From positions 1,332 through 65,331 of the forward strand of contig JAYVUD010000266.1 in assembly GCA_043788335.1 (NCBI GenBank): DNA of 64,000 nt, written 5' to 3'. This DNA is from Chloracidobacterium sp. Its GTDB lineage: Bacteria; Acidobacteriota; Blastocatellia; Pyrinomonadales; Pyrinomonadaceae. How positions within the stretch are numbered: position 1 is the stretch's first letter; each line of letters begins with the position of its first letter. Shown piece after piece: positions 9,227 through 19,455 of this stretch. Under the pieces are notes generated by a model. It ran no database searches. It was not told the DNA's origin and saw only the letters and a list, made by a program, of their open reading frames with translations. The position numbers and the translations under genes are program-made.

Positions 9227-12200
9227 ATGAAATATTGGGAATTTATTAGATCCGGACGGTCAATCGTGATTACTATTGTCGCTGTTTTCTTTGCCGCAGC
9301 GGCAATTACGGCCTTCGTGGAGTGGCCGGAACAAATTGTCAATATCGAACCGCGGGAAACGAGTCAGCTTCGTTTGGCCGATGACCCGGCAACGTCGCGG
9401 ATCGTGGAACCGAGCGGGCCGGCGGCGGAAACCATGTCAACGAACACGCGGGCAAATAAGTTGCTGGCTCCGAAAAAAGACCCGAACGAATTACTGCGGG
9501 GCGATGATCAGGCAGTGGTTGAGCGGTCGCAAAGTGACTCGCGTTTGACGACGCCGGAACAAACATCCGGACCCTCCGAAATTGACGAACCGCAGAGAAA
9601 CGGGGAGGACCCTGACGAGCGACCGAGGGGTGATCGACCCAATGATGCGACGCAATTTCGCAACCTGCAACTGCAAGACGAGAACGGCAAGATCGCTCTT
9701 GACGGCCTCCAAAAAGCGCGCGAGCAAATGAATTCAATGCGTTCGGTCCAGCAAGAAAATGCTGTCGCGAGCGGCGAACCGGGCGGGATCAAAGTTGCGG
9801 GGATCGATCCGGGTGCGTGGTTGTGGTTGGGACCGGGAAACATCGGCGGCCGAATTCGCTCGATAGTAATCGATCCGGTCAACCCGAACAAGATGTGGGT
9901 CGGCAGCGTCTCGGGCGGGATCTGGGAGACGACGAATGCCGGCGGCACGTGGCGGCCGGAAAGTGATTTTATGGCGAATCTGGCGGTCTCGACGATGGTC
10001 ATGGATCCGACCAATCCAAACGTCATATATGCAGGCACAGGCGAATCATTCGCCGCCGCCATTTCTCCGTTAGAGGGTGAGGGCTTGGCCCCCGAGGGAC
10101 TGCGCGGTGACGGCATTTTCAAGACGATCGATGGCGGGATAACGTGGAACCAGTTGCCGCAGACCAGCGTCAATACGCCGGGAGTCTGCGGCGGCGTTGG
10201 CGGCATTTTATGTGCCTGGTCGTATGTCAATCGCCTGGCGATCTCGCCCGACGGAAGCACCATCCTTGCCGCGACGGTGAGCGGCATTTGGTGGTCTTCG
10301 GACGGTGGTGCCACCTGGAATCCGGCCGGCGGGGCCTTGGGGTCCTTCTTGGATCTTGATTTTGATCCCACAAATCCGCAAAATGCCATCGCTTCGGGAT
10401 CCGGCGCGTCGGTGTATTCAACCGACGGCGGGCGAAATTGGCAGAACGCCGCGTATTCTCCCGCGGTCAGTCTTGGAGGCTCAAGCGGACGCATCGAGAT
10501 GGCTTATGCCGCAAGTAGTCCTTCGGTCGTTTACATTTCGATCGATGAAACTCGTAATCCGCCGCCGCCGGCACTCCAGGTCAAAGGCGACATCTACAAG
10601 AGCATCGACGGGGGTCAAAACTTTACGCGATTGAACACCGTCAATCCTGGAAACAATTTTTTGGGCGGGCAGGGCAATTACGGCAATATTATCTGGGTCA
10701 GCCCCCAGGATCCCAATTTAGTGATCGTCGGCGGAATAAATATGTATCGAAGTACCGATGGCGGAATCAACTGGATCGCCATTGCCAACGGCGGTAACGG
10801 TTCGGCTCACTCGGACCATCATATGATCGTCGCCCATCCGGGATTCGACAACACTACGAACAAAACAGTTTACTTTAGCAACGACGGCGGAATTTACCGC
10901 ACCGATGACGTCTCAACGGTTTCACTGACGAGCGGTTGGACAAAACTTAACAACGACCTCGGCATCACCCAGTTTTACGGCGCAGCAGGCAATTCCGCCG
11001 GAGTGATCGTTGGCGGAACGCAGGACAACGGCACGCTCAGATACACGGGAAATGCTCAGGATTGGACCAGCATGTTCGGCGGCGACGGAGGCTATTCGGC
11101 CGCAGACCCGACAGATGCCAACTATTTCTATGGGGAATACACCACTTTGGGGATTGTCCGCAGTACCGATGGCGGATCAACTTCGAGTTACATATACTGC
11201 AACCCGACGCCGTCGAATATTAATGGTGGGCAGTGCGTCGCTCCGGGCGTCGGGATCACGGACGCCTTTAATGGGGCCAATTTCATCGCACCGTTCATTC
11301 TCGATCCAAACGACGCCAACACCATGCTCGCGGGTGGCTTAAGCCTATGGCGAAGCAACGACATAAAGGCCGCCGGGCTTCCGTCCTGGACCGCGATAAA
11401 AGTTCCCGTGACAGACACGCGGCCGGCGCAATTGGGTAACGCCAATCCGACCAGTGCGATCACGGTATCCCGGAATTCATCGGATTTTGTCGTGGTTGGT
11501 CACAATGACGGTCAAATATTCCTGACGTTCAATGGCACCGCCGCGGTACCTGTATGGAGCAAGATTGACGCAGGCATTCCGTCGAAGCGGTTCGTGACCC
11601 GACTTGTAATTGACGAAACGAGAGCCCCCAACTGGATCTACGCTACGCTCGGTGGATTTGCCGCTGACAATGTCTATCGCTCGACGGATTTTGGCGTGAC
11701 GTGGACTGACGTAACCGGATCGGGTGCCACCGGCCTTCCGAATGTTCCGGTGCGTAGCCTCGCGATCAATCCCGCTCGCCCCGATTTTATTTATGTCGGC
11801 ACGGAAGTCGGAGTCTTCGCCTCGGAGGATGCCGGTGCGACGTGGGGTCTGCCGCAAGGCGGCCCGGCGAATGTCGCCGTCGACGAACTCTTTTGGCTCA
11901 ACGGACAACTGGTTGCCGCAACCCACGGGCGCGGAGTCTACAAAACCGGTACGACGGTCTTTAACGCTCCGTCCTGTATTCCTCCGATTCCGGAGTGCCC
12001 ATGTTTTGGGGATTGGGACTGTCCCTGCACGTGGAACAGCCAACATGTACCGACGGCAAACGACGATATTGCCATCGTGTGTCCCGTTCACCTAAAGCCC
12101 GGTTTTGGCTTCGGCGGCCAGGCCAGAAACATGGTGGTATATGGCGACCTCACGCTGGACAGCGATTTCTCGGCCACCGAAGACGTGACCAATTTTGGAA

Positions 12201-14476
12201 ATATCCACTCAAATACAGGAGTTCCGACGTCTGTCAGTTGCCGTCATCTATTAAACTCGAGAAATCCAGGAGCGGCTCCCCTCGGGGGAATAATTTCACT
12301 GTTCGGCGGGATTTCGGCGAGCGGGAACGTGGTGAATAGCGGCATCATGGCGCTTGGGGCAGACATCACCTCCAATGACCTGAGGACCACTCCGCAAAGT
12401 ACTCTGACGCTGAACATGCTCACGGTCCGCGGTGATCTGGAAAATTCCGGACGGATCGAGGCTCGTAATTCGATGAAGGTGTCGGGCAATGTTTACAATG
12501 GCGGCCCACGAAACGCCGGTGTGCTTAAAGCCCCGACACTCGTCGTCACCGCACCCACGACAAGGGTCAAGAACCTCTCGGGATTGGGCAGGTGGGAATT
12601 TGGAACATTCGCGATTCCCGCGGGGTACACGGCAAGACTCGGCAGTAACGTGACGTTTGACATCACGACCGTTACCAATAACGGCACTTTTGATTTCGGC
12701 GAGCAGAGCGTGAATTTTAAGGGCAGCAGGTTCGACAGCACCGGTGCGGTTCCGGGTACCGGAATTCTCAGATTCATGCCGGTTAGCGGAAATGCTATTT
12801 TCAACGGCAACGGACCCGCCGTACGAATTGCGTCAGGAGCCGTCGAGTATCAATCCGGCGGCACGATCAACGAATCATTAGTGGTCGCCCCGGGTGCGAC
12901 GTTCAAATTGAATACGTCGGGCACGCTGACGGTGCAGAAAAACGTGCTGATCAACGGCACGCTCAGCAAGATGGGCTTTAACCCGCAATTGACGTTCAAC
13001 GGCCAGACGTTTGCTAACAATGGCATTGTCGGCGACCTCGATTTTATTACCTTTAATGATGGCGGCGGAGCGCCGGTGCAGTTCATCGAGGGCACGGGTT
13101 CATGGTCGCCTCAAAATATTCAGATCGGTACTGTCGGTTCGGCTACTACCGTAAATCTCAAAAATAATATCACCCTTGCGAGCAAGCAACTGCTGACCGC
13201 GACGGGATCGGCACTGAATGTCAATAATTTTACGCTAACCCTGACCGGCCCGATGAGTTCGTTTTTCGGCAAGATCTCGGGCAACGGACTGGTAAAAATG
13301 GATCGCGGTGTAGGCACACAGCGATTGGGCGGTCCAGGACTTCTGACCATCGACCCCGCATTGGAAATCGTCTCGGGAACCGCTCTCGCGACCTCGACGA
13401 TAGCCAACGGGAGGATGACTATTGACCCCGGAGCGACACTATCGCTTTTCGGCTTTACCGGAATGGTGGCAAACGGCGACGTGCTGAATAACGGCACGCT
13501 GAATTCGCTCAGCGATAATCCGTCGTTCAAATTTATGGGCGGGACATTTACCAACAACGGCGTTGTCACCGGCAACGTGAATGTTAACTTCGGCGACTTT
13601 TTTGGCCCGGCACTCGCTCAGAACCTGGCGGGAACCGGATCGTGGGCCGGCAGTCCCAGGCTCTTGATCGATTCGATCTCAACGACAACGCTGCAGAGCG
13701 ATCTGACCTACAATGGTGGGAACCTGTACGTTCAGGGCAGACTCGATACTGGATTTTACACACTCAGCCTGCCGTGTACCGTTACCTGGAGCGGAGCGGG
13801 CGATGTCTTCGGAAACATACGCCGGACTAATCTTGCGGCTTGTCCGGGAGGCATCGTTGCCTTCGGCAATCCGTTTACGACTATTCAGTTTACGTCGGGG
13901 ATTCCGCCGACGGAGATCACCGTCAATGTCGCATCGGTTGCTCCCGCCGGATTCCCCGGAGCAACCACACGCACCTATCTGATCACGCCCGTCGGCGGGA
14001 GCGGATACACAGCGACGCTGCGTCTGCATTATCTTGACTCTGAACTAAACGGCAACGATGAATCGACGCTGCAGTTGTGGCGAAATAACGGCACCAACTG
14101 GACCCCGCAAGGAGCAACCAACCGAAATACGATCCAGAACTGGGTCGAATATACGGGGGTGACGCAGTTCTCCCCGTGGACCATTTCCGGCCCGTTGGCA
14201 CCAACCGCGTCGGGCGTCAGCGTCAGCGGGCGCGCCATGACGGCGACCGGCAACGGCATTCGTAATGTTCGGGTTCAGATAACGATGCCGGGAGGCGAGC
14301 TGCAAACGGCTATAACATCGGCGTTCGGTTACTATCGGTTCGACGATATCCCGGCCGGGAATACTTGCGTGATAAGCGTTTCGGCCAAGCGGTTTAGTTT
14401 TGTCCAGCCGGAGGTCATTCTAACGGTGACCGACGCGGTCGACGGCCTTGATTTTGTTACGGAGGCTCCGCGTTGA
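9227..14476 (+). CDS. giant surface protein: N-terminal membrane anchor, BNR/Asp-box beta-propeller, Cys-rich linker, long beta-helix-like repeat region, C-terminal carboxypeptidase-regulatory-like fold
   Basis: ORF 9128..14476. I prefer ATG 9227 (GGAG 7 nt upstream, then the anchor SIVITIVAVFFAAAAITAF). Eight or more Asp-box motifs (TTNAGGTW, TIDGGITW, SSDGGATW, STDGGRNW, STDGGINW, STDFGVTW, SEDAGATW). CIPPIPECPCFGDWDCPC linker. Repeated GNV.N.G/L.N.G units. C-terminus VSGRAMTATGNGIRNVRVQIT...GYYRFDDIPAG. Confidence 0.85.
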   Translation: MKYWEFIRSGRSIVITIVAVFFAAAAITAFVEWPEQIVNIEPRETSQLRLADDPATSRIVEPSGPAAETMSTNTRANKLLAPKKDPNELLRGDDQAVVERSQSDSRLTTPEQTSGPSEIDEPQRNGEDPDERPRGDRPNDATQFRNLQLQDENGKIALDGLQKAREQMNSMRSVQQENAVASGEPGGIKVAGIDPGAWLWLGPGNIGGRIRSIVIDPVNPNKMWVGSVSGGIWETTNAGGTWRPESDFMANLAVSTMVMDPTNPNVIYAGTGESFAAAISPLEGEGLAPEGLRGDGIFKTIDGGITWNQLPQTSVNTPGVCGGVGGILCAWSYVNRLAISPDGSTILAATVSGIWWSSDGGATWNPAGGALGSFLDLDFDPTNPQNAIASGSGASVYSTDGGRNWQNAAYSPAVSLGGSSGRIEMAYAASSPSVVYISIDETRNPPPPALQVKGDIYKSIDGGQNFTRLNTVNPGNNFLGGQGNYGNIIWVSPQDPNLVIVGGINMYRSTDGGINWIAIANGGNGSAHSDHHMIVAHPGFDNTTNKTVYFSNDGGIYRTDDVSTVSLTSGWTKLNNDLGITQFYGAAGNSAGVIVGGTQDNGTLRYTGNAQDWTSMFGGDGGYSAADPTDANYFYGEYTTLGIVRSTDGGSTSSYIYCNPTPSNINGGQCVAPGVGITDAFNGANFIAPFILDPNDANTMLAGGLSLWRSNDIKAAGLPSWTAIKVPVTDTRPAQLGNANPTSAITVSRNSSDFVVVGHNDGQIFLTFNGTAAVPVWSKIDAGIPSKRFVTRLVIDETRAPNWIYATLGGFAADNVYRSTDFGVTWTDVTGSGATGLPNVPVRSLAINPARPDFIYVGTEVGVFASEDAGATWGLPQGGPANVAVDELFWLNGQLVAATHGRGVYKTGTTVFNAPSCIPPIPECPCFGDWDCPCTWNSQHVPTANDDIAIVCPVHLKPGFGFGGQARNMVVYGDLTLDSDFSATEDVTNFGNIHSNTGVPTSVSCRHLLNSRNPGAAPLGGIISLFGGISASGNVVNSGIMALGADITSNDLRTTPQSTLTLNMLTVRGDLENSGRIEARNSMKVSGNVYNGGPRNAGVLKAPTLVVTAPTTRVKNLSGLGRWEFGTFAIPAGYTARLGSNVTFDITTVTNNGTFDFGEQSVNFKGSRFDSTGAVPGTGILRFMPVSGNAIFNGNGPAVRIASGAVEYQSGGTINESLVVAPGATFKLNTSGTLTVQKNVLINGTLSKMGFNPQLTFNGQTFANNGIVGDLDFITFNDGGGAPVQFIEGTGSWSPQNIQIGTVGSATTVNLKNNITLASKQLLTATGSALNVNNFTLTLTGPMSSFFGKISGNGLVKMDRGVGTQRLGGPGLLTIDPALEIVSGTALATSTIANGRMTIDPGATLSLFGFTGMVANGDVLNNGTLNSLSDNPSFKFMGGTFTNNGVVTGNVNVNFGDFFGPALAQNLAGTGSWAGSPRLLIDSISTTTLQSDLTYNGGNLYVQGRLDTGFYTLSLPCTVTWSGAGDVFGNIRRTNLAACPGGIVAFGNPFTTIQFTSGIPPTEITVNVASVAPAGFPGATTRTYLITPVGGSGYTATLRLHYLDSELNGNDESTLQLWRNNGTNWTPQGATNRNTIQNWVEYTGVTQFSPWTISGPLAPTASGVSVSGRAMTATGNGIRNVRVQITMPGGELQTAITSAFGYYRFDDIPAGNTCVISVSAKRFSFVQPEVILTVTDAVDGLDFVTEAPR

Positions 14477-14702
14477 CCTCATAATCGCCGAAATCGACAA
14501 TCGCGAACCGATCCGTTTCATGGACGCAAACTATACTGGATTTATGACAACTGAGCAGCAAACGCAGCCATCCAAGCGTCTGACCGCACTTTGGGATTTC
14601 CAATCTGTGGGTTGGGTGTATACTGTTCGTAGTCAGGACTTTTTCCTGAAAATTTCGGCGCGGCTAATAATCCCCGCTCAGGCGGGACCTGGAGGAAATT
14701 AA

Positions 14703-15284
14703 ATGAAAAGATCGATCATCTTGATCATATGTGTCACCGTTTTTGGAATGGCGGCTCTGTCCATTTTTGATAGCTCGTCCGTTTTTCAGAGTTCGGCGCA
14801 GACAACGCAGACAACGACGATCCCCGATGTTATCAAGCTCGATAACGCCAAGCTTGGACCCGTCACCTTTAATCACGCGGACCATTTTACAAAGAATTAT
14901 AATAAGGCGGGCGACGGCCCAATAGCGTGTGTAGAGTGTCATCATACTGCACAACCAGCGGCTGAAGTTGCTAAAAACCCGCTCTGGAAGACTGCATTTC
15001 CAGCGGACCGTACGACGACTCTGACGAAAGAGCTGTTTACGAAAGATCCGGCCGCCGCCAATGCGGCGTCGTGCCGTGGTTGCCACGCCAGAACCGGTGA
15101 GACACCGAAATTGCTCCCGAAAATTCCCGAGATCAAGATCGGCGACGCGACCGTGAATGTAAATAATATGCAGGCGTTTCATCGCAAATGTGCCGCTTGT
15201 CATACAGAGGTCATGAAACTCCGCCCGACCGCCAAGGCCCCGACCGCGACGCAATGTGCGCTTTGCCATAAGAAGGCAGCGTAG
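14703..15284 (+). CDS. secreted tetraheme c-type cytochrome (cytochrome c3/c7-like)
   Basis: Signal peptide, then four CxxCH motifs (CVECH, CRGCH, CAACH, CALCH) plus extra His residues. GGAGG lies 8 nt upstream of the ATG. Confidence 0.85.
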   Translation: MKRSIILIICVTVFGMAALSIFDSSSVFQSSAQTTQTTTIPDVIKLDNAKLGPVTFNHADHFTKNYNKAGDGPIACVECHHTAQPAAEVAKNPLWKTAFPADRTTTLTKELFTKDPAAANAASCRGCHARTGETPKLLPKIPEIKIGDATVNVNNMQAFHRKCAACHTEVMKLRPTAKAPTATQCALCHKKAA

Positions 15285-15325
15285 GAAGTAGGGGGAGCAG
15301 AGTAGTTAAGGAGTAAGGGAGCGGC

Positions 15326-15739
15326 TCAGTCGAGCGGCCCCCTTTTTTGTTTGCGGCCGGAGGGTAATACCCAAACGTTTGGCTTATTCATCATCGGGAC
15401 CAACATTAAGATGACCTCGTCGAATTCAACGAATTGGCTTCGGGCTTGTCCACGATCAAGGTAGCCGCAATTAACCGCGAACTCGATCCAGGTCTGGGTC
15501 TAAGCGCCCTCACGCTCTGCGTCGTTTAACTTGCTGACGAAGGCGGCATCATACCTCCGTTTTTGCCAGGCCTTGGCCAGGTTCGCACACACCGATTGCG
15601 ACGAGCTCCTGATCTGGTCGGTTAGTGAGTTAGTCTCTTCTTTTGGAAAACGTCCCGATGCCTCGAACATCTGCATCGCTGATTCGAAGGCCTTTCGATA
15701 AACGTTCAGATCCTGATGTCGCAATATTTTGTTGTGCAT
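15326..15739 (-). pseudogene. four-helix-bundle protein (23S rRNA intervening-sequence protein family) interrupted by an in-frame TAG
   Basis: MHNKILRHQDLNVYRKAFE...SKLNDAEREGA-TAG(15500..15502)-TQTWIEFAVNCGYLD...MMNKPNVW continues in the same frame to TGA at 15326. The TAG sits where the family has the conserved Glu of the ..EA.ET..WL.. motif. Confidence 0.7.
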
Positions 15740-15806
15740 ATTCCGAAAAGAGGAAAGGTGGGCTAGATCGCCCACCTTTCCTCTTTTTCAACTATCTTAA
15801 CCGCCC

Positions 15807-17969
15807 CTACTTCTTGGGGCCGCCGACGAGTTTCATCTCGTTTAGCAGGTAGCCGGCGCCGCCGAATTTGTCGACGACAAAGAGAACGTAGCGGATATCG
15901 ACGGAGATGGTGCGATTGACTTCGGGGTCGAAGTAAAAATCGTTACCGAGGCCTTCGAAATTGCCGTCGAAGCAGAGGCCGACCTGTTCGCCGTTACCGT
16001 TGAGGATCGGGCTGCCGCTGTTGCCGCCGATGATGTCGGTGGTCGAGGTGAAATTGAGCACGACGCTGTCTTTTTCACCATAACGGCCGAAATCCTTTGC
16101 GGCCTGCAGATCCTTGAGTTTCTGCGGAGCGTCAAACGGATTTTCGCCGGTGTCTTTTTCGATCATTCCCTTCATAGTGGTAAACGGCGAGCGAAATTCG
16201 GCTTCGCGGGACTGGTAGCCTTTGACGTTGCCGTACGAAAACCGCATCGTGAAGTTTGCGTCAGGATAGGGCTTAACCCCACGCATCTCGGATAGAGCAC
16301 GCATATACAGCACGCGGAGGTGATCGATATTAGCGGCGAATTTCGCACCGCGGACGCTCAGGGCTGCACGCTCGTCGATGAGGCCGGCGACGAACGGGTG
16401 CTTGGCCTGGATCTCGCTCCACGACATTCCGGCAAGTTCGACGATCTTCGCGGGGGACGCAAGGTCACCGGTCGCGATCTGTTCGGCAAACGCGGCTTCG
16501 GCGGCTCGGCGTTCGCGGCCTTTTTTGCCCTCAAACTTTTGGTCGGCGGCAGCAAACCGTTGGCCCGCCGGCAGCTCGTCAAATGTCTTGAAGAAGAATT
16601 TGAGCATTTCGCGTTCGAATACCGGTTCGCGGGTTTTGAACGCCTCGCTGATCTGGGCGATCCGAGCGGCCTTTTGCGTCTCGGTCATCGTCTTGCCCTG
16701 TTTTACGGCAGTGGCTGCGGCGACGATCTGACCGAATACGGCCATCGAATTCGGGTCAGGAAAACGGCGGATAACGGCATCGCGGCGTGAAGCTGCGTTT
16801 GTCTCATCGGAAAGCGCTTTCAGCTCGGACAGAACCGTACCGTATTGCTTCTGACGTCCGGGATTGGCGCCGATCCAGGCGGCCAACTTAGTTTCTTCGG
16901 CCTGGCGAGCCTGAACGACTCGAGCGAGGTTCAGGCGACGGGCACCGCCCTCGTAGAGTTTGCGCGAATTGTCAAAATTAGCGATCTCGGCCTGATTGGA
17001 AATGCGTTTGGCCTCGTCGGTCGATCCGATCAACTTCAGGCCGTCGGTCAGAGCCCTGAGCCATTTCGCCAGGAAAGGGAAGTTGGCGTCGCGAGCAAAT
17101 TCGATCGACTGACTTTCGCGATAGCGGGTCGTGCCGCCCGGGAACCCAAGCACGAACACGAAATCGTTGTCCTTGAGTCCGTTGAGGCTCAATGTCAAAA
17201 ATTTCTTGGATTTGTACGGGACGTTAGCGGGCGAATACGCGGCCGGTGTACCGTCCGGTGCGGTGTAGGCCCGCAGGATCGAAAAATCGCCGGTGTGGCG
17301 GGTCCATTCGAAATTATCGGGGTCGCCGCCAAAAACGCCGATGTTGCGTGGCGGAGCGTACACGACGCGGATGTCCTTGACCTCGGTCGTCTGATAGAGG
17401 TAATAAAAGTAACCGCTGTCGATCGCCTGGATACGGATGGTCGATCCTGCCGGTGCCTTGGCCTGCTCGGCGGCTTGCAGCGTGTCGATGTTCTTTTTGA
17501 CCGCGGCGGCAAGAGCATCGCCCGTGAGGGTCTCAGTGCCGGGCCTGATCTTAGCCGTCACATCCTCGATGCGTTGGGTCAACATTATCGAGTATCCCTT
17601 GGCGGGAATCTCACCTGAGCGGCTGCCGGCGTTGAAACCGGTCTCGACCAGATCTTTTTCCGGTGTCGAGGCGGAAACCAAAGCGTCAAACCCGCAATGA
17701 TGGTTGGTCAGAATGAGGCCCTCGGGCGAGACGAACTCGGCCGTGCAGCCGACGCTGAGGCGAATGATCGCATCCGTCAGGCCGCCGCCCGCCGGATTGT
17801 AGATATCGGACGGTTTGATCTTGAGCCCGCGGCCTTTGAGCGGCAGGCCGGCGATCTGATCGGGCGTAAACATTCCTTCATCGGGAACGGCAAACGTAAA
17901 CGGCGCGGCGGTAAACAGGACCGACACGATCAAAAGAGAAGTTAATAAACTATTCTTAAACGATCTCAT
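15807..17969 (-). CDS. S46 family dipeptidyl-peptidase (DPP7/DPP11-like)
   Basis: Signal peptide, DEGMF, ILTNHHCG (His), GGNSGSP (Ser); 720 aa. Confidence 0.9.
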   Translation of the reverse strand: MRSFKNSLLTSLLIVSVLFTAAPFTFAVPDEGMFTPDQIAGLPLKGRGLKIKPSDIYNPAGGGLTDAIIRLSVGCTAEFVSPEGLILTNHHCGFDALVSASTPEKDLVETGFNAGSRSGEIPAKGYSIMLTQRIEDVTAKIRPGTETLTGDALAAAVKKNIDTLQAAEQAKAPAGSTIRIQAIDSGYFYYLYQTTEVKDIRVVYAPPRNIGVFGGDPDNFEWTRHTGDFSILRAYTAPDGTPAAYSPANVPYKSKKFLTLSLNGLKDNDFVFVLGFPGGTTRYRESQSIEFARDANFPFLAKWLRALTDGLKLIGSTDEAKRISNQAEIANFDNSRKLYEGGARRLNLARVVQARQAEETKLAAWIGANPGRQKQYGTVLSELKALSDETNAASRRDAVIRRFPDPNSMAVFGQIVAAATAVKQGKTMTETQKAARIAQISEAFKTREPVFEREMLKFFFKTFDELPAGQRFAAADQKFEGKKGRERRAAEAAFAEQIATGDLASPAKIVELAGMSWSEIQAKHPFVAGLIDERAALSVRGAKFAANIDHLRVLYMRALSEMRGVKPYPDANFTMRFSYGNVKGYQSREAEFRSPFTTMKGMIEKDTGENPFDAPQKLKDLQAAKDFGRYGEKDSVVLNFTSTTDIIGGNSGSPILNGNGEQVGLCFDGNFEGLGNDFYFDPEVNRTISVDIRYVLFVVDKFGGAGYLLNEMKLVGGPKK

Positions 17970-18046
17970 AGCTGAATTTCCTCTGTAAAATCTAAAGATG
18001 TGACTGCAAAATACTAAGTAGATACTATCAAGTTATACTGATATAA

Positions 18047-18080
18047 CAAAAAAGCGAGCCGCATCAACGACTCGCTTTTG
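18047..18080 (-). terminator. intrinsic terminator after the M23 peptidase gene
   Basis: AGCGAG (18053..18058) pairs with CTCGCT (18071..18076). A T-run follows on the minus strand (plus-strand A-run 18047..18052). Confidence 0.45.
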
Positions 18081-18106
18081 TTAACTTAGATCGAGCGTCG
18101 AGCTCA

Positions 18107-18910
18107 TTACTTTTTGACGATATCAACCGGTTCCTGGGGCAGGAAGTACCGCGGGTTGATCGAACGGCTGTTAAATCGAAGTTCGAAATGAAGGTGCGGG
18201 CCGGTCGAACGGCCGGTCGAGCCGATCAGGCCGATCTCCTGGCCGCGGGTGATCGTGTCACCGACCGATATCTCGATCTTGGAGAGATGACCGTAGCGGG
18301 TCGAGATACCGTTGCCGTGTTCGATCTCGATCATATTGCCATAACCGCCGCTCGAACCGGCTTTGATAACCGTCCCGTTTGCGGGAGCAAGTACGATCTC
18401 ACCGCGTTCGCCGTCGATATCCATCCCGGGATGAAATTCGTAGGTGCGGCCGCCGAACGGATTGCGTCGAAAGCCAAATTCATTGTTGATCTTGCCAATA
18501 TGCGGCCAGACTATCGGTAAATATTCCGGGTCCATGGTCGCGGAGGCTGCTTTTAGTTGGGCCTCGGTGGTCGCATCGTCGATCGCCGACGCGTCACCAA
18601 CCTCGGGGCCGCCCGCGTTTATCGCATTCTCGGCAGCCGACGGGCGTTCATATGCGATCTCAGGCTGCGGCTCGGCGATTGCTGCGGACATCTGAGTTGC
18701 GATAGGCAGGGCGTCATTTGACTTGGCGAGAACGGTATTGCGGACGATGCCGCTGACACCCACACCCAAGACGGCAAGGCCGGTTAAAAGGAATACACCA
18801 ACAGAACCAAAGTGCAAAAGGCTGCGGGAAACCTCAACTCTACGAATATAAATCCTATTTTTTGATGATCGCGACAATAGAAAGGTATAAAACTTGTCGT
18901 TTTTCTGCAT
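18107..18910 (-). CDS. M23 family metallopeptidase
   Basis: HPGMDI and GPHLHFELR motifs plus a TM anchor. I prefer ATG 18910 (GGAG upstream) over the track start at 18976. Confidence 0.9.
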   Translation of the reverse strand: MQKNDKFYTFLLSRSSKNRIYIRRVEVSRSLLHFGSVGVFLLTGLAVLGVGVSGIVRNTVLAKSNDALPIATQMSAAIAEPQPEIAYERPSAAENAINAGGPEVGDASAIDDATTEAQLKAASATMDPEYLPIVWPHIGKINNEFGFRRNPFGGRTYEFHPGMDIDGERGEIVLAPANGTVIKAGSSGGYGNMIEIEHGNGISTRYGHLSKIEISVGDTITRGQEIGLIGSTGRSTGPHLHFELRFNSRSINPRYFLPQEPVDIVKK

Positions 18911-19121
18911 TGTGCTACAAAAGCTCCTTCTAATGATCTCGTGTCGAAAATCCAATGTTTCGACACGTGGAATCACGCAGATACAGCCGCTAGCGACTAA
19001 CGCGAAACCGTAAACAAGAGCATCGGAAATGCAATGATGAAACTCTCGCTGGTATGGGAAGGTATTAAAAAAATTACAACGTATCCAAATAAGTTGGAAT
19101 GACTATATGAACATATGGAGA

Positions 19122-19150
19122 ACGAAAAGGCAAGCCTTAACGGCCTGCCT
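19122..19150 (-). terminator. intrinsic terminator ending the ECF sigma operon
   Basis: AGGCAAGCC (19128..19136) pairs with GGCCTGCCT (19142..19150) at 8 of 9 positions. TTTTCG follows on the minus strand. Confidence 0.45.
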
Positions 19151-19210
19151 CTTCCATCAAACACTAATTATTGACCTATTTGTGACGCGTTCGTGCTATA
19201 CCGCACAGAC

Positions 19211-19423
19211 TTAACTGTCAAATTTCTTGTTATTTTGCCACGAACGAATGATGAGAAAGGCGACCAGACCGATCACGCCGACAAACGCCAGAACGATCAC
19301 AACCTGAACGGCAGTGGTCAGAAATCCGACGAACGCGATCAGCGTTTTGATAAACGTGATGACCATCGCGATCAACACAACAATACTGCCAAGGATCGAT
19401 GCTGCTTTGAATGACATAACCAT
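19211..19423 (-). CDS. 70-aa two-TM hydrophobic protein
   Basis: GGAG 8 nt upstream of ATG 19423. The protein is almost entirely hydrophobic with a basic C-terminal tail (RSWQNNKKFDS). It starts 32 nt after the upstream gene's stop. Confidence 0.55.
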   Translation of the reverse strand: MVMSFKAASILGSIVVLIAMVITFIKTLIAFVGFLTTAVQVVIVLAFVGVIGLVAFLIIRSWQNNKKFDS

Positions 19424-19455
19424 AGTAATACTCCGAACCCACCGATAAGATTACA

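Noticed and set aside
9508-10494. A 328-aa minus-strand ORF inside the giant surface-protein gene.
   Set aside because: It is antisense to a frame with clear Asp-box repeats, is Pro/Ser/Arg-rich, and has no start-site context.
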